Assembly (NCBI GenBank): GCA_030704615.1
Contig: CM060731.1
Location: 7,936,001-8,000,000, forward strand
DNA length: 64,000 nt
From: Takakia lepidozioides
Taxonomy: Eukaryota > Plantae > Bryophyta
Direction of reading: 5' to 3'
Each line of letters opens with the position of its first letter. The first letter of the stretch is position 1. Below are positions 49,811 to 62,801 of the stretch, one piece after another. The notes under the pieces are model-generated. The model worked only from the letters and a program-made list of their open reading frames with translations, was not told the origin of the DNA and searched no databases. The translations under genes and the position numbers were made by a program.

Positions 49811-52800
49811 GGGGGCTGCTATTTCATGAGCGGCATGAGCATGAGCGGAAAAAAAAAAAAACATGAGCAGACCATTGTGAGTCCACGGAAATAGGGTTAG
49901 GAGGCACGGAAATAGGGTCATGTGAAGTTGGAATGTGGCACCAGTGGACTTGAAATGCAACATTTTATGGCAAATTTTGTGGCAAGCCACGTCTATACAA
50001 GTGTGTTCTAACTGTCATAGCCGGAATGGGCACTACTCTCCTACACCCTCCGAGGAACTTGCCCCACCTTCTTCCTCATCCCCCTCATCCCCCTCATCCT
50101 CCGAGCTCTGTGATGCATCAGTTCCACTATGCCTCTCAAAAATTCCGTCCTCTCCTTGGGGGACTGTCCACCTCACCTCCTGGGAATCTTCTGCGTCTTC
50201 TCCCCCACTTTCCTCAGCAGAATCCAAGACAAATCTACGAGCCTGACGGGCTCTAATAGCTGCTGCCTCCTCCCTCATCTTCATTTTCTTGAGGCTTGCC
50301 TCGTCTAAAATCTGCTGTACACGACTAGGTTCGGAACACCTCCTAATGGACACCAAAGCAAGCCGGGCAGCATAAGTAGGAAGGATGTACTCCCTTTCTG
50401 GACTAGGCATGAAATCCCCCCTGGCAAAAAAAGGCACGTTCCTCCTGCCCATGAACTCCGGTGTAGACGTCCCTCCGGCAGTACTTGGCATCCTACAGTA
50501 AGAACAAATCCACTTCAAGAATGTCAATACCAGCACAACTAGAAAGGGTTTTCAATGAAATAAGAGAGCGGAGGGAGGTGCCTCACAAAATTTGGAGGCA
50601 ACTTACAATGCCACCACTCACTCGTAAACCGGGGGCTCCTCGGCCTCGATCCCAACTTCCTCCCCCTGCTCCTTCTCGGATTTTTCCTCATCCTCCGAGG
50701 ATGCCTCTTCCTCTTTCGGCAGACGTTCAGCCGCTGCAAGTTCCGAGTTGTGGAGGGCAGTATCTGGCTCGAAGGCGAACACATGCCTGTCGGACAACGT
50801 CTGCCCACATTGAAGCACGTGAGGAACAAAGCAGGCAGTTAATAGCTTGCGGCATGCAATTGCAATCGGGCTAGGGGACAAACTGAGCACATGAAGGCTT
50901 ACCCGTGCCGCATGTGAGGTCCAGAATCCGCCCTTGGACATCCGAGCACGTCTCCATGAGGGTTTGGATGAAAGCAGGGCTCCGGGTCCGGCTGTACCGC
51001 CACGGTTTGCCTGTCTTTGTGTCCTTTGGGCATACTGGAGTGGGGCACATAGTTGTAGAGGACATCGTAGGTTACAGGGTCCACAGGGGCATCAACAAGA
51101 CGACCGTCGTTGCGGAATTTGAACGTAGACCCTCTCTTCACAAAGCAATATGCCTCAAACACCAATGTCTGCACATCCAACAAAGAAGGGATCAACTCCA
51201 GGGTCTACTTAACATACACCACAATATGAAGTGAATGCAATAGATTGATAACTTACACTTTGGCCCTCTGTTCGCAACCCCTGTGTACTGATGCAGAACC
51301 ATTTTCTGAGGAGGACCGGGGTGACACTTTTCGGTGTCCACCTTGCCACCGCATTCTCTGTGGTCTTCCCTCTCGTGGCAAGGACAACCACACATCCACC
51401 GTCATCCAGAAGCATCCCCGCCAGCCCAAACCCGGCTTTCCAGTAGTCCTCAGTAAACCTGTTCCAGGTGGGCACACCATCCAGGCCCTCCAGCAGCTCC
51501 CCATCTGGAATGTCGAGGAGAATCATGTCACAAGCTCTCTCCACCTCAACCCCCCCCCCCGAGTGCTCTTGCAATTCGTGCTCACAGCCGTGAAGAATTC
51601 CATCATGGCTTCAAAACCAGGGGTGTCTTTAGTTGACGCATTGGATGATGGTTGGAGGTTCTAGCTTTGGCCTGTGCGTAAACGTCACCGCCGAATACCG
51701 CCGTGTAGGCTCGCCCTCAAATGCCAACTTCTTGGCAGAGCCAGTCCCACTCCGAATTGACTTGGGAACCCGGACGACCGGTGACTGGGTAGGAGCAACA
51801 GCAGTCGCAGGACCTTGAACAAAGTCGTCGTCCGAGTCACTCTCTTGGGTCCCCTCCTGCGCCTCCTCCGATGCCCCGATGGTTGTCTTCTTTTTGGGTG
51901 TTACTGCACTCACCTGTTTCCTTGTCCTTTTCCTTTGGCCTTTACTCTTCTCATGCAATTTCTCCTGAATTCCTGCCTGAGCAAGCTCTGCCGCTTTCCT
52001 GGAATTCGCAAGCGCTTTTGCCTCTTTTGCACCCAACGGAGGCAGCGGAGCCCGGTTTCGTCGGAATTCAGCATCCAGCTTCAATTGAAACTCGGATGGG
52101 TCGAGCGAGCCGGGCGGAAGGTCCACATACCAAGGGCAATCACGCAAATGTTCCAGATGCCACTCCTTCACAATATCGTCAGTGTACATGGAGTCAGCCC
52201 CAGGGTTCCTCCATGCCAAGAAGAATGGTGGCTCGAAAGACAGATGATCTTTCTCCAAAAGGGAGAACTTGCAGTACCTGCATTCATGAAAAACACAATG
52301 AGGTCCCTGAAATGCATATTCGGCACCATTTTCCCAGGTTGGGGCGGATGTGAGTGGGCCTAGAAATGGAAAAATGGCGCCGAATTTCGGTTTTCGGTGA
52401 TTGCCACCCTAGGGACTTAGCCATCTTGGGAGCCCTGAACTGGAAATTCGGCGCCATTTTTCCCGGTTTGGCCCGAAGATGGCTAGGTCCCAGAACCGCA
52501 ATAGGGCCTAGAACTGGAAAAATGGCGCCGAATTTCCAGTTCAGGGCCAGCCACCCTAGGGACTTAGCCTGAAAATGGCTAAGTCCCTGAACGGCAATAG
52601 GGCCTAGAACTGGAAAATGGCGCCGAATTTCCAGTTCAGGGCCAGCCACCCTAGGGACTTGGCCCGAAAATGGCTAAGTCCCTAAACGACAATAGGGCCT
52701 AGAACTGGAAAATGGCGCCGAATTTCCAGTTCGGGGCCCGCCAGTCTAGGGACTTAGCCCGAAAATGGCTAAGTCCCTGAACGGCAATAGTGCCTAGAAC

Positions 52801-55392
52801 TGGAAAATGGTGCCGAATTTCTAGTTCAGGGCCAGCCAGTCTAGGGACTTAGCCATTTTCGGAGCCCTGACTGGAAATTCGGCGCCATTTTCCCTAACAC
52901 CACATGAGGCCTCTAACATCCTGAAATGCAAGGACTTGAAAGAAAGGCAGCGCGTATGTACCTGTACAGAAGGCGCATTGCTGCTTTGTCCGCGTTCGGC
53001 TGGTCGATGAACTCGTGGCTCCGGCGAGCATCTGCTATCTCCCGAAAGAATAGGTTGGTTTTGTAGAGCAGAAAGTACCTCGTCACATAGTCACGTATGC
53101 TCTCTGCTGCAGGAGATATCTCCATCTTGAACTGATGTGCTTGTGTGTCCAGCTGCTCTTGCGCATTCGTCGTCACCTGTGGAGATTCTCCATCATATCG
53201 CTTTCCTGAAAAAATACAATGAATCCACCCCCTACTAGAGTAGAAGCCCCAAACGAAGCGTGGGGAAGTACCTGAAACCACCATGTCATGCGGTTCATCC
53301 ACATGTCGAATGTGGGGTCAGAGAGTTTGTCCGGTTTAGGGAAGCTCCACATGTCCCTGGTACTTTGGGAACCATTCCAGATTTGGAGCCACCGTGTCTG
53401 TCCAACCACCCAGCATATTCGTAAGCGCCAAACACCACAAAAAGGAGTTGTTGCCACCACAATTTGGTTAAGAATGTATCACCTTTTCTGTTGCATCCAC
53501 ACAGGATGTGGCTAGACGATGGAGCTTCTCCAATGTCATCGTGGCTTCCGAGCGTGAGAGTAGTGCTTCCCCACCTCCACCAGAAAGTCGGCACCAAGGG
53601 CGGGATCAGCTATGGCCACGTACTTTACCATCCGCGACTTGTACTTTATGCGGGCCCTCACCTCCGCAGCTTTGACATACGATTCGAGTTCCGGGAGGGT
53701 TGGATTCTTCTCCTCTGACTCCATGTAGAACCTCCGCGCATGTGCCAAATCTTGCTGTATTTTCGTCTGTCCAGAATGCGCACATAAGATTAGAGATCCT
53801 GCTCAACACAATTTCTTCTATTGGGGGAGGAGAGACAGATTAGCTCAACAAAACTGTCAGGAGCTTTACCCGAAATATGTAGTCCACCATGGCGTCGACG
53901 CTCAGCCTATACCAGGTTCTGTCTGCCTTTGCCTCCGACTTGCGCAGGAGGTCGGCACTGAGGGAATTGGCAAACTCTTGCCCCCCCTGCTTCCCGACAT
54001 CCTTCACTCGGAAGAGCATATGGGACAAGATGGTGGCAATGAAGGCATTCTCGGTCACCCTGCAGTGCCACATTTCCATCAAACAATACTGAAATGGGAA
54101 TTTTCATCATATATGAGGATTCGCAATGTCCAAATTCAAAGTCCAAAAGCGAGAGGGGTTGTAGCTTACGAGTTGATGTCGGCCATTGCAGCTTTGAGAA
54201 GACTGCGATCTTTGGGCCCCGCAACCTTTAGCACAACACAATCCACGGCGAAATGCCAATCGAGGTCGTTGGGGTGGGCTTGGGCAATGTGCTCCATCCA
54301 TGCCAGGAGGAGATGATTGCCGTCCCACACGTAGAACATCTTACCGGACAAGTGCTGGAAAAGAGGATCACTAGCAATCGATCTCTCGAACTCCTCATTT
54401 CGCGTTTGCCAATGGGGACCCCATTTGTCCACCTCATCGGAAGTGTGGGCACGGGAAGCTCCGTGGTCGTTCTCAATGGAAACATAAAACGCGGCAGACC
54501 CCATTCGATATCCATCCCGGAAAGAGAATTTCAGCTTGTCGATATCGCCTGGGAGGGCAGGTCTCACCACCTGCAATGACACCAAGCGGCAAAGGGGAAT
54601 TCGAAGCTTGGCCGGGTACACCATGCCCCCCAGCACCCTGCCAATGTTGCTGTGGGTTGCCTCCAACATCTTGGCAGCGGCCAACTTCATATCCGCCTCA
54701 GACATGACGTCTGCTGCAGAGGGGTTTTCCGGCAGCCCACCAGGACCGCCAAATCCAGCCTGTATGCTCCGGGTTTGGGGCCTGGGGATGTCCGGGAGGA
54801 TGTCATCCTGGTCAGAAAGCTCCCTGTCGTCCTCCTCAACAGGGTCAGCCACCTGCGAAACCACCTCCAGCACTCTCCCCGTCTCTACTGCCCTCTCCCT
54901 GGCTTCACCTCGGACTTGCACAATCCGTGCTCTTTCAGGTGTTCTTTCCTCTCCTCCACTCTCCACCGTATGGGTAATTGTGGGGGCTGCTCTTGCCCGC
55001 GATGGTCTAACCGGTGTGTTACTACCTCTCTGTGGTGTCTTGGAGGGATCCACCGTCTCTGTGCGTCCCTCGCTTACATTGGCATCTGTCATTTGGGCAC
55101 CCCTGGCCTCTTCAGTGGCCTTTTCTCTTTCCTCCTGGCTAGCATTCTGTCTCGTCTGTTCTTTTGCCTTCTCTTTTGCCCTCTCACGGGCTTTCTGTTT
55201 CTTACTAGGGCTAGCAGCAAGGGAGCCCTCCAGGACGACCACCTTTGATTGAGGCGAACTGACACCCTCGCGCGCACTGCTCACTCCCCCCTCCGCAGCC
55301 CGTGACCGCTCTCTCGCCGGGGATTGCATGTGCTTAGCTTTCTTCTTTTTCTTTGCGTGGGCGGGCCCTACTGCATGTGCATGAACAACCTC
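49811..55392 (-). mobile_element. MULE copy 3, inverted, right half (right TIR and ParB-MTase gene), interrupted by element C
   Basis: Starts GGGGGCTGCTATTTCATGAG; reverse complement of ~32124-38231, with a shorter intronic array at ~52310-52900. Confidence 0.92.
50033..55392 (-). pseudogene. ParB-MTase-like gene of copy 3
   Basis: Same exons as copy 1. ACDMILLDIPDG is in frame; WDGNHL replaces WDGNHR; small deletions. Confidence 0.8.
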
Positions 55393-57978
55393 TATCGCGC
55401 GGCTTATACTCACCCATCCCTTTGCTATCCGAGGCAGAAACTCCAAGATAGAAGAGTTGGAAATCTCTAAGTACTCAGCCCGCTCAGAACAATCAGTCAT
55501 GACCTACAGCTAGTGTATCATGGGGGTGTTTCCTATTTGTTTTTCTTCTTGTCTTCATGTTAGCATATTACCTTACTGTATATACTTAAGCATCAGATTG
55601 CTTCAGTATCTACCAGGTTCCATTCACTCATCCATTCATTCCACAGCTTCACTCATGTCTCTCTACACAGTGTGATTGTATCGTATAAATATCAGATTAT
55701 GATTTATCAGATATCAGGCCGAAGCCATTGTGTCTCTAATCTGCTCTACAATATCACTACAGCTTTGCATATAACAAACATCTACTAATCATCTCTCCTC
55801 CTTCACCGTGCTCTCCATCTTTGCTCCCGTTCTTGCTCTCCGTCCGATCCCCTCTCATGCATGACCAAGAAGTGCTCCCCGTCAAGTGATCCCCCTTCAG
55901 TCCTTGCTCCTAGTTTTATCTTCCTACCCGTTGTTCTAACCGCTTCCCTCACTAACCGTCGTCCGTGAACTAACATGTTCCCTTCGCAGGTGTTGTTCCC
56001 CACAGTCGTTCCCTGTCCTGCTATCCGTTTCCTATGGTCGTGACAGCTGTGTCAAGCTGTGACTGGCTGTGTGAAACTGTGACGGGTTGTGACCGGCTGT
56101 GTCGGGCTGTGACTGGCTGTGTGGCTGTGTTGGCTGTGACGGGCTGTGTTGGCTGTGATGGGCTGTGTCGGGCTGTGCGAAGCTGTGACGGGCTGTGTTG
56201 GCTGTGACGGGCTGTGTAACCCCCTTCTAAAGTGCGCTGCTGTCACCCCTAAGGCTCTTGTTGGTCTAAGTCTGTGCAAAAATTAAGGGTACCCTACAGA
56301 TCCCGTATAAGTGTCTAAGTCCCAGACAGTCTCTAACATTACCCCTTCCCCTCTCAAAAAGTCGTGTCCTCACGGTTTACTGATTGCGATTAGCAAACCT
56401 TTGTGAGTGACCACCTTTCTGACGTTGAGAGTTTCGTGGCGGACTGTGTGTACGAGCCCGAGGTCTTTCACTGGTTGACGGAGATGATTGAACACTACCC
56501 GGATAAGTGATTCCCTCTGGAGGCTGATATCGAGGTAACCTTTCAGGCATAGGAGACTCCCGTCGCTTCTTCTCTGCCATCTGAATTGCATAGTCTTCTC
56601 CCATGTCAAAAGAATCCGCTGAAGAAACAGTTGTATCAAAATCCTCATCGCCTCTCAGGTGTTTTAATTGTCGAACTTTTTGTGGAATCCTCTGGGGCAT
56701 ACAATGTTGTCCTACCATGTCTGGAAGTTTATATTTTAAAACTTGCTGTAAACGCTGAACGGCAAAATTGGTGAAGACACTGAGCTCCTTGTCTGTCCAG
56801 GTGAGTGGGGTACCAATGACTTGTGAATTGTGCAAGTATTTCCATGCCACATGTCCCTTATAGAAAATATCATCAATGCCGAATTTATGTGTTGACAAAT
56901 TGTTCCAGGGCGCATGAAACCATGAATGAATTTGAGAATCCTTTTGCATCATAACTTTTGCCTCATATAGGTACATATGAGGTGGCACTGAAGGTAAGAC
57001 CCAATGATCCCCACTGGAATAACTTAGAAAGCGCGATTGCATCTTGTGCTGCTCAATGTGATAACGTACCAGAAAACAAGCAGCGTAGTATAACCCGCAT
57101 CCCATGACAATACTCGCTACCTCCTTGGTCTTGGTATAAATGAATCCATGTACAACTTGGAAGGCAATTAATTCCTTCAACATTGTACCTGCCTCATGCT
57201 AGTATTGTGCAAAGTGATGATCCTCAATTGGTCGATTGTTGGGAAGAACTTTAGTCCTTGTTGCCACTGGCAGCCAAATGCGCATGATTTGGTAGTAATG
57301 TGCCAATGATTGCGGAGGACTAAATTCTTTCCAAGCCAAATCCAACATGATGGGAATTTGGTTAAAGGGCATAATCATAGCCTACTGTACTCCCTTGCAG
57401 TTGGAGTTTTAGGTGGGTTAAAAGCAGCATTGCCCCATAACTCAAACTGTGGTGGCTGTGGTGTGGTTGTAGTAACAACAGGGTCAGCTATTGGCACAGT
57501 GACTTGTTGTGGTGCTGGTGGCACTGGCTCTTGTATCATTGGCATCTCCTGCACCTCCTGTGAAGAAGACTGAAAAGCCAAAGTTCTGGCTTGTAAATAA
57601 GAAGTCATTAGCTGTTCCTCAGGTATATAGACTCTTTTGTCGATATTTGAAGTGAGGTCCTCCACTTGCTTCTGCAGTCCGTCTACATCCTCCTGTAACT
57701 CCGCTATCCTACTATAGACATTGTCTATAGTAGTTGTGGCAATGTTCTGCACTTGCAGTCTGAGCTCATTCATCTCGCTTTGGGTGAGCTTTCGTGGTGC
57801 TTTGCCCTCCACTAACCCTTGTGCTAACCAGACCTGCATAAGGTGGTTATCCACCAAATTGCTTGTGGTTCCTCTGAGAGTGTGCTCCTCTCTTAGTTTG
57901 TATACATCCAATTGTTGTTGTAAAGCTTCCATGCGCTTCGCATGAGGTTCAACCAAATTTGCATAGGCAGCAAGTAGA
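55393..57978 (-). mobile_element. Ty3/Gypsy element C, 3' end (LTR 55393-56338, PPT and 3' extra ORFs)
   Basis: LTR homologous to those of A and B; PPT 56339-56355; ORFs 56377-57183 and 57375-57956 are homologous to element B. Confidence 0.9.
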
Positions 57979-58745
57979 GAGGTTTGCTATTTCATGAGCA
58001 TGAGCGGCATGAGCGGCATGAGCGGCATGAGCAGAGTAGTAACACAATCGGTTTTCATGAGCAGAAGTACAAATTTCGAAAATAAAAAACAATAAAAAAC
58101 AATAATTTAATGCAATGTGTCAGGAAAAACAAATATATTATTCGGCCCCTTGAAGGGAAAATTGCACTTTTGACAGTTGTGCTCATGAAATTTCGTCTTC
58201 CGCTCATGCCAATTCCCAGCGACATGTGCAAATATGGCGCCGAATTTCGCGGTAATAGGGTCCGTAACCTGAAAAAACGGCGACGTATTTCGCGGCAATA
58301 GGTCTCTCTGGCGAAAAATGGTGCCGAATTCCACGGCTATAGGTCCCCTCATGACAGGTAATTCGGCGTCATTTTTCCAGTGCATGTTCGGACTTAGCCA
58401 GTTTTCGGCCCAATAAAGAGAAATTCGGCGCCATTTTTCCAGACACGGTACCAGTGCATGTTGGGACTTAGCCAGTTTTCGGCCCCAAAAGAGAAATTCG
58501 GCGCCATTTTCCCAAACACAGGTACCAATGCATGTTGGGACTTAGCGAGTTTTCGGCCCCAAAAAGAGAAATTCGGCGCCATTTTTCCAGAAATGGCCCC
58601 ACAACTGCTTCTGTTGGATCTCAGTTTGAATGGAATATTGCCTCATTCCAGGAGTTTTGGGGTGCATTTCATTACACTGCAAAAAAAAGTCTGATACAGC
58701 AAAATGCATTTGAAAATATCCATATGGAGGATTCCGTTTGCCCCA

Positions 58746-61700
58746 TCAATGATTTCTGGAATCCCTAAGAAGGAGTTTGTGCAGCTCGTTCACGCTCAAC
58801 GCCGGTGCATGAATAAAGTCATCAATAGTCACGTTCATCCTCAACCTCTTCAGGTAAATGTAATACAGATGCTTGCACGGATAATACTTCGAACCCTTCT
58901 TTGCTTCCATCAACGAGAAGTCCGTACAGTTGCAAGTCGGCTCCACTCCAATCGTAATTGTGTATACATCGTCGCGTACAGCCGAGCCGGCCGTTGCCAT
59001 CCGATACACACGCCCAAGGCCGGGTGGGGATACGTCCACGGAGCTCTGAATAGTGCAAGCCATCCCAAGAGCATTGGCAATCCGAGTCTCATTCAACTTG
59101 TTGGGAGGGTGTCGTCTCTTCACTCTTCCGAATCGCATTGTGGGATGTGCAGAATTGTCCAATCCGTCTCTACTGGACCGAGCAGTCTGCAATGGCTGGG
59201 TCTGAGGAACCGGAAATGCGTGGGCCGGGATGTCTGTGCGTTGCACCATTCGAAATCCTGCTGCAGATAGAGCATCCGCCTCATTCTGAGAGAGGCTGCA
59301 ACCCGGTGCAACAGGCCAGACGCCCGGAGGCTCCGGCATTCCCTGAATCTCGTACTTGGGCTTGCCAAATACACAGGTCATTATGTCGTGCCTACAGAAC
59401 CAAAATGTCTGCGTTGTGGCGTGAGCAAATGTGGGAGTCAAAAATATGCCGCTGAAACAAGGTGCAGGTACAGCACCGTGTGGGTTCCTCCGAATCATCT
59501 CACCACAGCGTGCTCTCGTATCCACCCGGATGGCGCAACACTTCCCTCGAAATGCCGGCAATGTCCTCGCAATTCTCCACTGTGACTCCGACACTCTTGT
59601 CTCCACAATGGGAATGTTGTATTGCTTTACTACAGATGGCTCGTTATGTTGCCGGGGCACGCGCCCTGTGCTCAAAGGAGATGGCGATCTTGAACGTGCA
59701 GGACTTCCGGTGCTCGACGAGACCTCCTCGGACAACATCACCGGACCACGAGGGAGCGTGCGAATATTCTTGTCAGCTCGCCATGAATCCTCTTCTCCGC
59801 CAGGTGCCTCGTCAAGTCTTCGTCTCACTGGACGGGTATGAACATCTCCTTCCAAATGTTGGCCTCTTCGCAGCAATGGCGTGTCCCGAAGGCCCTCTCG
59901 CAAGGCCGCCGCCCACTTCCGAGGATTCTTCGATCTGGAGGCAGTCCGCATCAGCATTTCCTGCCTGTCCGGCCCCAAGCCCCACTGTTTCCCTTTCAAG
60001 AACTCGTTGTACCTGCATTGCTGCATAATTGACCTCACAATGTCCTCCGTTGTGGCAGTGAGGATGTCCACCAGATGCGCCGCAGAGGAGCCACGCCAGG
60101 AAGAGTGCACTGATTCGGCCATGTTTGTCGTGGGCATGTCGGTGTCGGAGTCGAGACACATTTCCTGCACAAGCACATGTTGAGGTTACAAGCAAGTTAC
60201 AAATATGGCCAAGAATAATATCCAACGGGACGCGAATTCGTGCAACTCACCTCCCGCATATAGTCGCCGAACTGGAGGAAACGATAATGCCACCATGCTA
60301 GCCAACTGACCATTGCTCCTTCGTCTGATTTCCTTACAGCACCTGACGATGTCCACCAAGCCCGTATGCATGCAAACTGTGTCTCTGCATCATCCAAGGT
60401 GGGAGCGCGCTTCCACGCAAGGCACATGGAACGGTGCTCCTCTCTGAAATCTGGCGCCACGAGCCTGGTTGTGTACTGCGAAAGGCTCTGCAGAAAATGG
60501 AACCCACAAGATCTCTCCTTGCCTTCCATGGGAACATTGGGGTCTTGCCCGTACACCCTTCGGATGGCAGCCCAATTTGCTTGTGCGTTGTCCGCCATGA
60601 AACCACGGAAATTGGGAGGGGGCAATCCCGCCTTGGCCATCTGTTCGTTTATTCCCTGCCAAAGAAGCATCTCCGATTGTGTGTCCTCTCCTTTCATCTC
60701 ACAAATAGCAATTGTCATTAGCATCCTGCAGTGGGTGTCGTAGACATGTGCACCCATTGTCACCCACTGGTGATTTGTAATTCGCTTGATATGGTCGAAC
60801 ATGACCCAACTGTTTGACAAGTTCCCACTCGTCATCCTGTCGACCAGTTCGACGCCACTGCCAGGTCCACACGTGGACATTTTGAATACGAAACAACGAT
60901 CTGCCTCAGTCCCTTGTCCTGGAAACCTACTTCCATGAATGTAGTCATATCCACATCGTCGCTTCACCTCCAGAATGGAGTGCATATCCGAGCCACGCCC
61001 AATTTTCTGTTTGCATGAGACAATGTGGTTTCGGACATTCGGTGAACATACGTGGGACACCGACTCCAGCAATGCCTCCATTTCCTTCTCATCGAGAGGA
61101 ACTCTATCGGAGCCGTCTTCCGACATAATTCTGGCCAATGCCATCTTATGGGCGGCTTGGAGCTGTATCTGTTTGGGTTTGGCACCCGGTCTCAACTTAA
61201 CCTCCTCCTGAACGAGCTGCTCTGCCTCGTGGGCAGCCTCCCGCGAGTTCCCCCTCGCCAGTTTGTGACAATGGGAACCAACGTGTATGCAAGCTCGGGT
61301 GAGGTCAGGGAAACGGTGCAACACATAGAACTGCTTGGCATTACAAACAGACATGCAGTGTGGTGGTTCTTTGCAATGCGCACACTTAAATGTGGAGTTC
61401 GGAACCTTCTCCTGAGCTCGAAATGGTTGGTGAGCTGTGCCTGTCCAATCGGTCTCGTTCCTGTGACCTCTGGATTTAAAGTGGAAGCAAGTTGGGGAGA
61501 AACACCGCAACACGCCCGCACAAACAACGTAGCGCACCCGCACACCATCAAGCATCTTCATGCTGGTGGTTTTGGTAACGCACCAAGGATGACCGTCATG
61601 TTTTCTATCCATATCTGTCAACATTCCGGACGCCCTCGAGTAGTCCGCCCGAGGAGGGAACTCAAAGGAGATATTACCGTCGACGTCGGCGGGAAGGCAT

Positions 61701-62338
61701 GTAACCGATTTAATTGCGAACTTGCTGTAGTCCAGCCCGGCCAGCTCCGACCGGTGTCCCTCCAGGTGAAGCCCTCGCAGAATTTCTAGAATAGATCGAA
61801 CTGCGGTGCTCGTGCTGGGAATATGACTCCCTCCTCCACTGACGTCCATTGAGGACTTGCCTGATCTCCAGGACGACCTCGGAACTTCCATGACCTCGTC
61901 TGAGTCGGACAGGTTGTGAACAACCCGGTTCTCGGTCGTCTTCATGGATGGGTTCGGCTCTGGATTAACTTTGTTGCGGACTTCTCTCTTTGAGGTACCC
62001 ACTCTCTGATTCGCGGATTGTTTCGTGGAAGGCGCCAGGATAGACGGTGCATTTGGCGGGCAAATGAAGTCCCCAACAGCCCTGTATATGACGCTGTCCG
62101 ATGGTGGAACTCGCCATTCCCTGCCATCGCCGAAATCATCGTGGAGCACAACAATACTCTCGACAACAAGGCCGTTTGAGTCCTTCCTTTCCTCCTCCAA
62201 AAAAACCGACCCCGGTTTCAGGTGGTATCGAACGCACAGATATTTCTCCATCACCCGGCAGGTGTCCCCTCTGCACGGAAATGAAGCTCTATGCTCGTGA
62301 GGAGGGCAGTACACTGTAGCGCTCGGGTTTTCCGCCAT
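58746..62338 (-). CDS. Intact MULE transposase of copy 4 (exons 62338-60251 and 60164-58746)
   Basis: Same ORF lengths and motifs as copy 1, with only a few substitutions. Confidence 0.88.
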
Positions 62339-62801
62339 GGGAGATGTGCACACAAGACTGCCAGGATGGCGTGCGGGGAAGCTCCCTGGTAGAAGGGGGT
62401 GCAGCGATGGGAATGAATGCGATGCCGATTTGTCCGAGCGACGAAGCCTGATCCAAATCCAGGGAGCCAACTATCTCAAAAATCCACAGTCAGAGTGTTA
62501 ATGAACCTTATCTCCGGAATGCGGCCCCTGGTCTTTGCGCAATAACTGCCAACGGTATGCAGTCAATTACCTCTACGTTGGAAATTCCGGGACTGTTTAC
62601 GTCGATTTTCATCCGACATGGAGGGCTTCATCCGACATTTAATTGCGCAGTTGGGCAATAAATGTCGACGGCCGTCGGTTATTATTTGGGCTGGCGACGC
62701 ATGGCTTCCTGGACACGTACCCTAAATCTCATGCTAAACTTGGCTTAACATGGTATTCCAGGCATGTACCCCAAAAAAGGAGATCTCTTTGGCTAGGACT
62801 T

